Source: Octopus sinensis
Lineage: Eukaryota
Direction of reading: 5' to 3'
Assembly: GCF_006345805.1 (NCBI RefSeq)
Contig: NC_043007.1
Span: 20,522,001-20,586,000, forward strand
DNA length: 64,000 bases
Shown piece after piece: positions 47,706-60,578 of this stretch. The position numbers and the translations under genes are program-made. Below the pieces are notes generated by a model. The model saw only the letters and a program-made list of their open reading frames with translations. It did not search any database and was not told the origin of the DNA. The stretch's first letter is position 1. The number at the start of each line of letters is the position of its first letter.

Positions 47706-47870
47706 CGCCAAATTTCTTTTTCGTGGAATAATCAGTTGCTTCAAGGGAAGATAACTGGCGAATACTTAAATACTTGGAGCTCTCGCTTGGGGAAAAGATT
47801 TTTTGGAGCTCTCGCTTGGGGAAAGGCCTTTTTGTTAGAGAGTCCGAAGAGAGCGGAGGACGTCTATAAA
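47706..47870 (-). promoter_or_regulatory. Candidate non-coding first exon/promoter of the BAF gene
   Basis: The BAF ATG exon has a splice acceptor, so a 5' UTR exon must exist. There is a strong minus-strand donor GCG/GTAAGT at 47706/47705 in a CpG-containing, repeat-free stretch. The upstream boundary is a guess. Confidence 0.45.
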
Positions 47871-47990
47871 TGCTCGAAGGTTTCTTTGATTTATGGCGGG
47901 GAAATGGGGTCTTTAAATATTATATAGAGAAGTTTGTTTTATGAGACTGAAAGCGGAAATAACTTAGTGAACATGACGCAATAAATAATA

Positions 47991-48534
47991 TATTTCTTTA
48001 CTACCCACAAGGGGCTACTCACAGAGGGGACAAACAAGGATAGACAAAAGGATTAAGTTGATTATATCGACCCCAGTGCGTAACTGGTACTTAATTTATC
48101 GACCCCGAAAGGATGAAAGGCAAAGTTGACCTCGGCGGAATTTGAACTCAGAACATAAAGACAGACGAAATACCTATTTCTATTTCTTTACTACCCACAA
48201 GGGGCTAAACATAGATTAGACAAACAAGGATAGACAAAGGGATTAAGTTGATTATATCGACCCCAGTGCGTAACTGGTACTTAATTTATCGACCCCGAAA
48301 GGATGAAAGGCAAAGTTGACCTCGGCGGAATTTGAACTCAGAACGTAAAGACAGACGAAATACTTATTTCTTTACTGTCCACAAGGGGCTAAATATAGAG
48401 AGGGGACAAACAAGGACAGACAAAGGGATTAAATCAATTACATCGACCCAGTGCGTAACTGGTACTTAAATTTATCGACCCCGAAAGGATGAAAGGCAAA
48501 GTCGACCTCGGCGGAATTTGAACTCAGAACGTAA
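47991..48534 (-). repeat. Tandem array of three 5'-truncated SINE B copies
   Basis: Copies at about 47991-48174, 48175-48363 and 48365-48534. Confidence 0.9.
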
Positions 48535-48871
48535 TGGTATATCTCCTACACAAGATAACATTAAGACTGAATTACCAAATCAATATGGAGAGAAGGAAAT
48601 ATAAAATGCTTTGAATTGGTTTTCGTGGTAGGAAATAGATTCGTAGCAATTTTGTGTACTTGAGTTCAGAACAGAGAAGATATAAGTCTACATGGTCTGG
48701 AGCTTAGAAAGAAATTGTATAAGATATGCTGTTTTTTTTTTATATACAAACAAAATAGGGATGGCGAAGTGTGCTGGGGTAGATTTAGTGGATTTCATTC
48801 TTTGTTCAGAGAAGCAGACACTGTCAATGTGAGATTAGGAAGAAAGAACAAAAACAAAACAAAATGGGTTC

Positions 48872-49154
48872 TACTAGCGAACAAGTGGTCCCGGTGCTCG
48901 CACGCGCGTACTCGCGCATCCGCGCCAGCTAGTCGTGACTAGTCGATCCTTTGTGTTTTTGTGTGTTATTAACTTTGTTTAAAAAATGATTTACTTTGTT
49001 TAACAAAAATTATTTACTTTGTGTAAAAAAAATTATTTATTTTGTGTTTTATTTACTTTGCTAAGGTAGTCGTTGTAGGATCGACTAGTCACGACTAGCT
49101 AGCGCAGATGCACGACTGCGCGAGGGCGCGCACCGGGACCACTGTTCACTAGTA
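48872..49154. mobile_element. MITE-like element with about 80-bp CpG-rich terminal inverted repeats and an AT-rich core
   Basis: 48872-48950 is an imperfect reverse complement of 49077-49154. The inner 22 bp AGCTAGTCGTGACTAGTCGATCCT are near-perfect. Confidence 0.7.
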
Positions 49155-50322
49155 GTACCGCAAAATGTATATAATATATTGTGTTAGCGACATAACATTT
49201 GCCCATCATCAACAAGTGATTTTGTAGGTGTGGTCTAGAATGTCTGCATGTGTGGCAGTAAGCATGTTCTAGATATCTAAAGCTGTAAGAGTACACTCGA
49301 ACTTTGTAAGGGATGAACAACAGATCATAGCTAAATATTTGTCGTCTCCGAAGCTGAAACTTAGGTTTATTGCAATTTTATAAATGTGTATGTGTATCCA
49401 AGAAAGTATAACGTGTTTTACTGATTTCGGATCTTTTCGGTTTGAACGGCAGTTTTTAACATAATTTCTAGGTAACTAAAAAATTTCTCAAGGATGGAAC
49501 TGGATTCCTCTAGTGTATATTAGCAGTCAAATTGTCATAAGTTCGACTGGGTCCAAGATGACAGCCGTAGTCACATGACTACAACTACAAAAAGTCCCAC
49601 AACTTTTTAAAATTAAATCGGCTTATGGGTAACGTAACAACAGATAAATCACGGTGGCACAGTTTTAGGATGTTTTCCCTTTCAACGGCAGATCGAGAAA
49701 TTAATTTTTTGTAACTAAACACTTCCAAGGGAAAAGATCCCAGTTTTATTACAATTTTTTAAAGTTTTTGTCTCCTTTTGCGAGGAATTGTCCATATACT
49801 CATACATGCGCATACCTATTTATATACATTTATGCTTGTATATACATATGCATGTGAGTGTGTGCGCGCGTATATATTTGTTTACATTTTTTAGATCGAT
49901 GAAATCAGGGAGCTTTTCGGTTTGAACGGCAGTTTTTTCTAGCGGTGTCATATGAAATTGTCACCCATAATTATAACCCTAGTATCGATCTATTGCATTT
50001 CAATCTGTTTTAGGGTTACGGGTGGGGGGAAATGGGTATCTTTTTTTTTCTTCAGAAATGTAAATAAACCCAATCTGTTTTTTAAACGAGGGATATAATC
50101 ATACGGCACAGAATGTTTTCACCTCAATAGACGTCATTGATTGGTTGAAATTGCAGAAATTGATGAAAAACAACAACAAATATCTTACAAATCATAGAAT
50201 TTTCTCAAGAAAGCCAAGAGAAAAAGATGTTTTATAAACACATTCTACCAGTATACGAAGTTTAAAAGTGGGATCTTTTCGGTTTGAACGGCAGTTTTTA
50301 ATATAATTTCTAGGTAACTAAA

Positions 50323-51625
50323 TAGTGTCTAGCCAAGAGCACATCGAGCTGGTCGGCGAGACACCGAAAGACTACGAAGCGGTAACAGGAGCGAAAATCA
50401 ACCAGGAAAAGTCAGTGGATTGCGGCTCCTCACCTGGAGAAGCAAGCCCATGCTGTCCAACAATGCCTCCATTGTGGGACGCTGGACCAACGTTCCGGTC
50501 GAGTTGCCTGGGGTCTTGTTTGGTCCGGACCGCCAAATGGAGAAGAACTGGAACAAGATAATGAGTAGGGTGGTCACTCTCGCCTGGCAATGGGCCGAGA
50601 GGAAGCTGTCCCTAAAAGGTTGGGCGGAGGTGGCAAGCATGTACACCGTGTCCATCATCTACTACCGTCTGACCGTCTTGCCTTGGAACGCATCATTCTC
50701 TTCCACTTCTTGTGGAAAGGATGCGTTCAGATGGTCAGGCGATCTGTTTGCTGCCAACACCCATTAAAAGGAGGGCTGGGCATGCTGTGGTTGATGATGT
50801 GCAGGCACACACTGAGACTGTGTCATCTCCGACTCTACGTAAACGATGGTGAACAGGTGTGGTCACCGTTTGTGAGGCGCGCTTTTCCGCAGGTTATCTC
50901 CATGATCGAACTGCAGTCGTGGATCAAAAAGAGGCCAAGGAAGGGCGAATTGCACCGTGAGTGTTGCGTTGCTCTTGAGCAACTATGCCGTCCCAGGTCA
51001 ATCTTGAGCGACTGCAACACAACCAAAGCATTCTATAGGGGATTAGTGGAGGGGAAGTACGACGACGATCTTGGGGCGAACCTGGGCATCGACGAGGAAT
51101 ACCTGACCTGCCTGTTCAAGACGACTTTCAGGCTGGGACCTATGGACAACTTCCAGAGATCCTTGGCCTGGCAGTGCTATTGAGAAGTGCTACCCGTTCG
51201 GGATAAGCTCTACAGCATGGCTCGAGAAACACAGAGCCGACCTGCCCGAGATGCGGTCAGAGCGATGAAACCGTTCTGCACACACTTGTACAGTGTCCAA
51301 CCATTTCCGACTTGTGGGCCTATGTCGAACGACTGCTATCGCATGTGGGACGAGTCAGTTTATCAACCCAAGTCTATTGTGAATATTGTCATGCCTCCTT
51401 CCTTGAAACGGGAAAGAAGAGCCATTTTCATCGTATTTGTGGCTATGGTGAAAGAATGTGTATGGTGGACGCGTCTGAAAGGTCTAGAGACAAACGCTTT
51501 CCTCTCTGGTGAATCTCTCATCAACTTCTTCAAGTATCACTTGGAGAGGAAGGTGAGAGTTGAGAGGGAAATTTTGTCAAGTGAACGTTTAAAAAAAAGA
51601 TGGGTGAATGTGGCAAAGATGGCAC
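50323..51625 (+). mobile_element. Decayed L1/Tx1-clade LINE 3' portion (RT end plus CCHC finger)
   Basis: YEAVTGAKINQEKS, WAERKLSLKG, GGLGM, LPVRDKL and CPRCGQSDETVLHTLVQCP across frameshifts. Confidence 0.85.
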
Positions 51626-52169
51626 GTGCAAATGCCATCCTTGCTACATTTACCCATCTTTTTTTGAAACGTTCACTAGACAAAATTTCCCTCTCAACTC
51701 TCACCATTTTGATCGAAAATTTAAGATCGAAATATTTTAGTCGGGAATTTCCGTAAGGGAAATAACTCCTGTGATAATCTCAAAGAGTTGTTGCCTGATA
51801 TTAGCGACCGCCTAACAGAATTTGAACCGACGAAGGAGTTTACAAGAGTTAACTCCAGATCTACGATAAATCACAACCGATCATCTTCAATATGAAATGA
51901 AAGATTTATCTAATCAAATATTCTAGAAAAAGGTAAATTATATCTCACTCCTTTACTGTCTCGAATATCGCGTGCCCCACAGTAACAATGAATAATCTTC
52001 CCACCACACAAAAATAACAAAGCTTCAAATATAGCATGTGTATATGAATGAAATAAAGCTAATATAGACATTTTTATTCCTAAAGATATATTCATGTCAA
52101 GTACGTCCCTGCTTACGAGAGACTGTTGAAAAGATCCTGGCAAAAGGTCTCGTTTGTGGTTCAACCTCC

Positions 52170-52320
52170 CGAGTTCTTTTACGGGGCTTAGAGAAACTGA
52201 AGGACCGTTGCACTAAGTGTATGAACCTGATAGGGGAATATGCTGAATAAAATCATAATTTACTGATCCTCCTGTATTTTCTTTTACCCAAGGCCAGGAA
52301 CTTTTCATCACCCCCTCGTA
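52170..52320 (+). mobile_element. Mariner 3' end remnant
   Basis: DRCTKCMNLIGEYAE* followed by TIR GGAACTTTTCATCACCCCCTCGTA. Confidence 0.65.
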
Positions 52321-52661
52321 TAAGTCTGTTCACTTAGAATTGGACACAAAACAACGCTAAGAAAAGGAAATTAGAACTTTAAGAAAGAAGAACAAAACTG
52401 AAAATAAATAATAATGATTTCTTCTTTTATCTGCCACAGTGATAGATAATGGCAATAGAAAAAAAAGTTTCTGACACTGGCTAAAAAGAAAATGAAGAAA
52501 ATTGTGTGCTACTGTGGTTTGGGTAAGAACTAACATTAACAGTCTGTATCAGATATTTGAATAACTGATATAAAATGAAAAATTAAAATAAATGAATAAG
52601 ATTTCTTTCATCTACCATGATTGATAACAAGTAATAAAAAAAAAAAAGAAATTTCCTAACA

Positions 52662-52850
52662 TACAAGTGTCAGCTGAAAAGTTCTTAGACTGACCAACAA
52701 TGTGACCAAATGAGCTTTAGTTTTCAACATAATCCCTTTTGCAGTCCACAAACTATTTCCGTTGGTGTTGCTGTACTTGAATCTCATTTCTAAAGAAGTT
52801 TTCATCCTGTTGGTCAAAAAAGTCATCAACAGCAGATATGAGACCCGAAT
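52662..52850 (-). mobile_element. Mariner 3' end remnant
   Basis: Minus strand ISAVDDFFDQQDENFF..DYVEN*, TIR TACAAGTGTCAGCTGAAAAGTTC. Confidence 0.6.
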
Positions 52851-54245
52851 GAAATCGGGTTATATTAACCAAAATGTGAAAAGGGGTCTAAATGGGGCTG
52901 GAAGGGGATTAAAATTTAAAGGAGCGAGTGTTTAGGAATTCTCTGTTACATCAAGCTAAAAAATTTGCGCCAGCCTTTTAATCATCAATGTGTTGCCGTC
53001 CATGATGAAGAAGTTTTGAATGCTTGCCATGGTGAGTCTACTGTTGTGAGAAAGAATCACTTCAAAACTTGGTGTTTACGATTTTCCTTTTACATCAAGT
53101 TCAAAATTTTACACCAGCCGTTAAACTGTCAATACGTTGCTGTCCGTCGTTAAGAAATGCCAGCCATGGTGACTCTACTATCCTCAGATTCTATCCCTTC
53201 AAACTTTGGTTTCCAAAATTTTATTATTTTTATTCAGCTCGCAAGTTCGTCTGTCCCTTTTAAATGTTAGTGTTTTGCTGTCTGCCTTGAAGCAGACCTT
53301 TCCATTGCCACTGCCTGATATTTATGATTGATCTTTCTAAATATTTTATTTCTCAAATTACACAAGATCTTTTGTTGTTTATAAATGGGAGAGAGATAGA
53401 TAAAGATAGAGAGTAAGAGAAAGCGAGGGAGAGTCCGAGAGAAAAGAAAAGTAAGAGAGTGGGAAAGTGAGAGAGAAACAAAGAGGGAGAATCATCATCA
53501 TCGTTTAACGTCCTTTTCAGTGCTAGCACGGGTTGGACAGTTTGACCGGGTCTGGGAAGCCAGGAGGCTGCACAAGGCTCCAGTCTGATCTGGCAGTGTT
53601 TCTACAGGTGGATGACCTTCCTAACACCAACCACTCTGTGAGTGTAGTGGGTGCTTTTTTCGTGCCGCCGGCACAGGTGCCAGGGGGGTTCGCAGCGGCA
53701 ATGATCGGTTGGTGCTTTTTACATGCCACCGGCACAGAAGCCAGTCAAGGTGGCACTGCAATCGGCCACGTTCGGATGGTGCTTTTTACGTGCTGAAAGG
53801 AAGCAACAGAAAGTAACAACCACACTCTTACCCGCGTGTAGAGCGGGTCACCTTCAGCTAGTATATATATATATATATATATATTATTGCGAATCCAGAA
53901 AAATAAATATTATTTATACTGTTGAAGATATATATATTTCCTTCAGGGCGAACCGATAGCCATGGGCCATGGAACTAGTCACAGTAGTTAACTTGTGTGA
54001 ACCAAATGCTGTCTCGTTCCAGCGTAGAGTGGATTCTCCACGAGAGCCATGAGGATGTGTCCATTCAATTTGGCTGCAGCTTCAAAAAAGGTCGATCCAG
54101 CGGGAAATCTTGCTGTTGGTAGCTCTCTGCATATGCGCATGAGGGAACTTCCAGTGGCCTACCAGAAGAAATCCACCTCTGCGCATGCGCGCTGAAGACT
54201 TCTAAAACGGCATCACTACAATTGTGTGGCCCATTTGAAGATAGT

Positions 54246-55213
54246 CAATCAACACAATGTCTTTTGTATCCACAAAAACTGAGGTCATCACTTTCCCTGC
54301 AGATGAAATGATGTTGGCTTGTTTGGAGCAGGTGAGGATGGGTGTGTCTACTGCATGGATTGTCTCTCTGTTTCTGGCTCAAAGCTGATGACCCCCCAAC
54401 ACTCATCCTGGGTGTAGGGTGATGGAGGAAAAGGACAACAGAAAAAGAAGTGCTTCCTGACCACATGTGCTTCCTGCCCACGCATGCCCCTTTCACTCTT
54501 CCGCCGGCCCCTGCAAGCCTTACTTCCGTCCACCTCATCTGTCATCCTCTCCACCAACACCACATAGCTCATCACAGCCCATAACACCGCTAACACCATA
54601 CTGGGTTAGGAAACGTTTGAGAAAACTAGCTGTGATCAGCTTGGTGTATCTTTGGTCAGGTGTCAGAAGATGTGGCACCCACTGAGCAGAAACCTTCATC
54701 TAGCCAAATTCATTGTGCAGAATATTCTCAACTCTCTCTCACTAGATATGCCAACAGCATTGGCTATTTGATTTATAGTCAATCACCTGTCATCCATCAC
54801 CATGTGGTGCACATGATCAATGTTTTCCTCAGTGGTGGTTGCAGGACGTCCAGACTTTGGATCATCTTCGAGACTCTCCCTTCCCCTCCTAAATTCAGCT
54901 GCCCGCTTGTGCGCTGTTGATAAAGCTGGAGCGTCATCCCCTAATGAAACAACCATGTCAGCATGAATATCCTTGGGGACTAAACCCTTTTCCTGCAGGT
55001 ACTTGATAGCTCTGCATTGTCAAATTTTGTCCATTTCCAAGAGACACTACCAGTTACTTTTGAAGTCTTTTTTGAACAGTCAGATGTTAGTTTAGTTGGA
55101 AGGAAACAATGCAGTTATTAATAAGAAGAGTTGGAATTAATGCCTGCAAGATTTTATGGTTCTAGTATCACTTCTTCATAGTCAGCCTCGGAACTTTTCA
55201 GCCCACCCTCATA
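54246..55213 (-). mobile_element. Mariner transposase remnant (5' TIR, HTH domains, first catalytic D) with an RTE-like insert at about 54410-54610
   Basis: TIR TATGAGGGTGGGCTGAAAAGTTCC; MDKI..RAIKYLQEKGL..DDPKSGRP..QWVPHLLT; DECW...FEPETERQSMQ...SAGKVMTSVF. Confidence 0.8.
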
Positions 55214-55328
55214 AGCTTTCAAGATGGCCAACTTCACTGTCAGAGTGGCCACCACCAACACCCCTGCCACTGTCACCGCCACAACTACCAACACCACAGT
55301 TGGTGTGGCCAGCAGCAGCACCACCATG

Positions 55329-55701
55329 GAGGCGCAATGGCTCAATGGTTAGGGCAGCGGACTCGCGGTCATAGGATCGCGGTTTTGATTCCCAGACCGG
55401 GCGTTGTGTGTGTTTATTGAGCGAAAACACCTAAAGCTCCACGAGGCTTCGGCAGGGGGTGGTGGCGACCCCTGTTGTACTCTTTCGCCCCAACTTTCTC
55501 TCACTCTTTCTTCCTGTTTCTTGTCCCCGACTTCCTACGCAACCGCTGAGCCTGGATGCACATTCATCCATCCGTCGATGCTCTCGGTGTCGGGGGTTGA
55601 CCTGCTTTCTCTTCTGCGGGTCTTACGAATAGCAAAGGACCATGTTTCGGACTTCTCCCACTCTGGGACAAAGACAGCTTCGCTCAAAAAACAAACAAAC
55701 A
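55329..55701 (+). mobile_element. SINE family D, tail variant 2
   Basis: 12-bp TSD AGCACCACCATG at 55317-55328 and 55702-55713. Confidence 0.85.
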
Positions 55702-56130
55702 AGCACCACCATGACAACCATCATCACAACCACCACGACCACTACTACCACCACCACCACCACGACCAACACCACCACCACGACCAACACCACGACCACC
55801 ACGACCACCATCACCACGAGCACTGCCACCACGACCACTACAACCACCACCACCACGACCATTACCACCACCACGACCACCACCACAACGACCACCACCA
55901 CCACCATGACCACCACCACCACCACAACGACCACCACCACGACCATTACCACCACCACGACCACCACCACAACGACCACCACCACCACCATGACCACCAC
56001 GACCACCACCACGACGACCACCACGACGACCATTACCACCACCACGACCATGACCACCATGACCACCACCATCACCACAACTACCAACACCACAGTTGGT
56101 GTGGCCAGCAGCAGCACCACCACCACCACG
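55702..56130. repeat. (ACC/ACG)n trinucleotide microsatellite within a degenerate minisatellite of about 60 bp
   Basis: Direct inspection. ACAACTACCAACACCACAGTTGGTGTGGCCAGCAGCAGCACCACCA occurs on both sides of the SINE and tract. Confidence 0.9.
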
Positions 56131-58192
56131 GTCACCACCGCAACTGCCAACACTGCTGTTGGTGTGGTCACCAGCAACATCACCATTGATATCCGCTTTT
56201 CCATGCTAGCATGTGTCGGGTGGAATTTGGCGAGGCAGATTTTCTATGACTGGATACCCTTTCCACTGCCAAGCAGACATTCTTATCAGACATTCCTTGA
56301 AACGTCATCTATTCTAAACAGCACTGAGAAAATGAGAATATAAAACTAAAAAAAAAAAAAACATTTTCCATTTAGGCCATCGTTTTAACCGCTTCCATTG
56401 ACTGTGACCACTGCCATGAATCACCAGTGAGTTGGAAAATTGATCTTTGTGGACAGATGAGTCACAAGAGAGAGAGAGGAAGAGGGAGAGAGAAGAAGAG
56501 GGAGGGAGAGAAGAAGAGAGAGAGGGAGGGGAGAGAAGAAGAGGAAGAGAGGGAGAGGAGAGAGGAAGAGAGAGAGGGAGGGGAGAGAGAGAGGAAGAGG
56601 TGAGAGAGGGAGGGGAGAGAAGAAGAGGAAGAGGGAGAGAGAGAGAGAAAACATTGAAATGAAAGAAATATTAAAATTACGGAGATGTACTTGCATAGCA
56701 AGTGACATGATCTGAGATCATGTGCTGGAACGAAAGCAATTGCAGTGTGGAAGGTGTTTAGAGATGCAGCACGAAGTTTTGTCAGTGAACAGGTTGTGGT
56801 CTCAAAGCGACGAAAATATTTTGGCAAATTAAATTTAAATGTTGAAGTGAATCTAACGATTTTTGTGTGTTTCTTAAATGGCTTACAAACACCTTCCATG
56901 CTGCAAATATTAAAATGTCTGATGTGAAATAAATCAGCATTGGATCAGTGATGCCAAATTAGCCAGTGACCGAATGGTTGTGCCACAATGTCTGGATTGT
57001 GGTGAAATACATATAAAAAAAACAATGGCAAGAATGGTTTTCTTGAGCGAATACAGGAGCCTTTCTACACTTGCTTAATCAGTTGGAAACAGCGGCCAAA
57101 TCGCCTTCAAATCATTTTACCGTCTCAAAAATAAAAAATAAAAAAATGGAAGAATTTATGAGATAATATTGATGTGGATAAAATACCTGTGTGGCAGTGT
57201 GAAAAAAATCTTTGCTTCTCAACCACATGGTTCCGGGTTCAGTCCCACTGTGTGGCACCTTGGACAATTTTCTACAACTATAGTCTTGGGCCAACCAAAG
57301 TCTTGTGAGTGCATTGAGTAGGTGGAAACTGCAAAAAGCCTGTCATGTGTATGCACGCGCGTATTGGCCCCCCCCCCACTGCTTGACCACTTGGTGTTTG
57401 TTTGCATCCCCTAAATACTTGGCTGTTCAGCAAAAGAGGGATCAATAGAACAAGTACCAGGATTTTTATTCTTTCTTTTTCTTTTATTCTTTTACTTGTC
57501 TCAGTCATTTGACTGCGGCCATGCTGGAGCACTGCCTTTAGTCAAGCAAATCGATCACAGGACTTATTCTTTGTAAGCTTAATACTTATTCTGTAGGTCT
57601 CTTTTGCCGAACTGCTAAGTTACAGGGGACGTAAACACACCAGCATCAGTTGTCAAGCGATGTTGGGAGGACAAACACAGACACACACACACACACATAC
57701 ACATACGTATATACAACAGGCTTCTTTCAGTGTCCGTCTACCAAATCCACTCACAAGGTTTTGGTCAGCCCAAGGCTATAGCAGAAGACACTTGCCCAAG
57801 GTGCCATGCAGTGGGACTGAACCCAGAACAAAATGTGGTTGGTAAGCAAGCCACTTACCACATAGCCACTCCTACGCCTATGAAAAAAAAAGTCCTGGAG
57901 TCAATTTGTTCAACTAAAATTCTTCAAATTTGTGCCCCAGCATGGTCACAGTCAAATGAGTGAAACAAATAAAATATAAACGATAAAAGATTAATCTGTT
58001 TAGTCAAGCTCACCTGGGACTAACCAAAAAGAACAATCCTGTCAAGGGTTTTATTTCTTGGTGTAAAGAGCAGACAATATTTTATATTTGTATAGTTGTA
58101 GACAAATTGTCCAAGGTGCCACGCAGTGGGATTGAACCAGGAAGCATGTGGTTGGAAAGCAAACTTTTTCCCACTCAGCCAGACAGGCAACG

Positions 58193-58594
58193 TCTTATAT
58201 TTTTTTAGTCTTTTACTCAGGTGGGAAGAATCCAGAGGTGTAGCTAGAGTGTGTTTCACCTGGGTAGCTCTTGAGTTTGAAGTCCACATCCAACCCCTGG
58301 GCACCCACATGCTATACAAGCTTACATCTTATATTTTTTTAGTCTTTTACTCAGGTGGGAAGAATCCAGAGGTGTAGCTAGAGTGTGTTTCACCTGGGTA
58401 GCTCTTGAGTTTGAAGTCCACATCCAACCCCTGGGCACCCACATGCTATACAAGCTTACATCTTATATTTTTTTAGTCTTTTACTCAGGTAGGAAGAATC
58501 CAGAGGTGTAGCTAGAGTGTGTTTCACTTGGGTAGCTCTTGAGTTTGAAGTCCACCTCCAGCCCCTGGGCACCCACAGGCTATACAAGCTTACA
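58193..58594. repeat. Three tandem 134-bp units
   Basis: Units start at 58193, 58327 and 58461. The first two appear identical and the third has a few substitutions. Confidence 0.95.
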
Positions 58595-60486
58595 AAGCAG
58601 ATGCAAAAAGTGCTATCCCCCACCGTCATAAAAGCTTTGTCTGAGGTGGACCCTCCATGTGACGCTCTGTCCTGTTAAGCTACTGGAAAGATCATGTCCG
58701 AGATTCTTTTACAAGGCTTCTGAGATTGGTGGGAACAGCACTGGATTAGCCATAAAGCAAACTAAGCACATGATTCGGGCATCAAGGGAGGGCAGGGTGC
58801 CACAGAAATGGTAAATGGTTTATGGCACAAAAGAAATCACTTTAAACTTGCTAAAAGAATATTTGAAGTGTTTATATGATCAGAAGTAAAATTTCTAAGT
58901 GCTCATGGTGCCATAGTAAGGGTTTGATTGAAGACCACCATTAAAAATAAGCAGGAGAAAACTTTTCCAAAATAAAGTGGAAGTATACAAAAATAAACAT
59001 TATTTTCCCATCTTACTCTGAGTTTTGTTTCGTTTTGAAAAATAAAAATTTATTTCATGGTTTATTATTGTTTATATTTTGAATTACATATGTATGAGAG
59101 CACCAAAGTTTTTTAAATGCTAAGGGCCTCTGTGGGTCTTAATCCAGTCCTGGGTGGGAGAAAGGTATCCTCAAATTGGAGACTTAACTTGAAGTCTTAT
59201 ATAATAATAATAATAATGAAATTATTGTATACAGTGCTCAGGTGCACCACAACTTGTCAAAAGTGCATATAAAGTACATGCAGTAATGTAAAAATGTCTG
59301 GAAAGCAAACAATGTATGAGTCAGATACATGCTTGTGTGTGTATGGAGGGGAGAAAATCAGGTGTAGTGTTGGTGAATCTCAGGAAGCATGGAAGTTTTG
59401 AAGGATGCAGTGCTCCGACAACTAACAACTGATGCCGGCAGTTTGTTCCATGCTTCAGCAACTCTCAGCGTGAAAAAATGTTTCCTGAAGTCATGGGAGC
59501 TGTGCTGTTTTCTGACTTTGTAAATATGTCCACGGGTGTTAGACGGGTGGAGTTTGAAAAGGGTAAATATGATAGAGTGGACTCTACTAAAGGTATCCAT
59601 GGTGCCAAGTAGTGATGGTAAACTGGGTGATGGATTAAGTTTAATATCCAAGTGTGAAGGCACATAGCTTAGTGGTCAGACCGAGCTGGCAGACACGTTA
59701 GCACATCGGGCGAAATGCTTAGCGGTATTTCGGCTGCTGTTACGTTGTGAGTTCAAATTCCACCAAGGTCAACTTTGCCTTTCATCCTTTCGGGATCGAT
59801 AAATTAAGTACCAGTTACGCACTGGGGTCGATGTAATCGACTTAATACCTATGTCTGTCCATGTTTGTCCCCTCTATGTTTAACCCCTTGTGGGTAATAA
59901 AAAAATAGGTATTTGGTTCTTGATTATAAAGTTGTGATTTTGATTCCTGGTGATGTGCTTGTCCTTGAGCAAGACACTTTATTTCACATTGTGCAGTCGA
60001 CTCAGCTGGTAAAAATGAGTTGTACCTGCATTTCAAAGGGCCAGCCTTGTTACATCCTATGCTATACTCAATCTCCCTGAGAACTATGTTAAGGGTCCGG
60101 CGAGCTGGCAGAAACGTTAGCACACTGGGCGAAATGCCTAGCGGTTTTTCGTCTGCCGTTACATTCTGAGTTCAAATTCCGCCGAGGTCGACTTTGCCTT
60201 TCATCCTTTCGGGGTCGATAAATTAAGTACCAGTCACGCACTGGGGTCGATATAATCGACTTAATCCGTTTGTCCTCTCTGTGTTTAGCCCCTTGTGGGT
60301 AGTAAAGAAGTAGGTATTTCATCTGTCTTTATGTTCTGAGCTCAAATACCACCGAGGTTGACTTTGCCTTTCATCCTTTCGGGGTTGATAAATTTCGGGG
60401 TCAACTGGCCCCTTTCCCCAAAATTTCGGGCCTTGTGCCTAAAGTAGAAAAGATATACCTATATATATATGTGTGTGTGTGTGTAT

Positions 60487-60551
<65 letters not shown>

Positions 60552-60578
60552 CACATGTATATATATATGTGTGTGTGT

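Noticed and set aside
53950-54240. GC-rich block with an NRF1-like TGCGCATGCGC and a minus-strand peptide MRICRELPTARFPAG...
   Set aside because: No splice signals or recognisable domain, and it lies among transposon debris, so neither a promoter nor a CDS call is supportable.
55404-56343. His-rich, Thr-rich and Val-rich long ORFs
   Set aside because: They consist of SINE D sequence plus an (ACC/ACG)n microsatellite, open in several frames with no splice structure.
58193-58594. CRISPR-like array
   Set aside because: The units are contiguous 134-bp duplicates with no unique spacers, in a eukaryotic context with no cas genes.
58600-58800. Possible hAT transposase C-terminal remnant (RDSFTRLLRL)
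   Set aside because: The resemblance to ERSFS.L is too short and frameshifted to call without a search.
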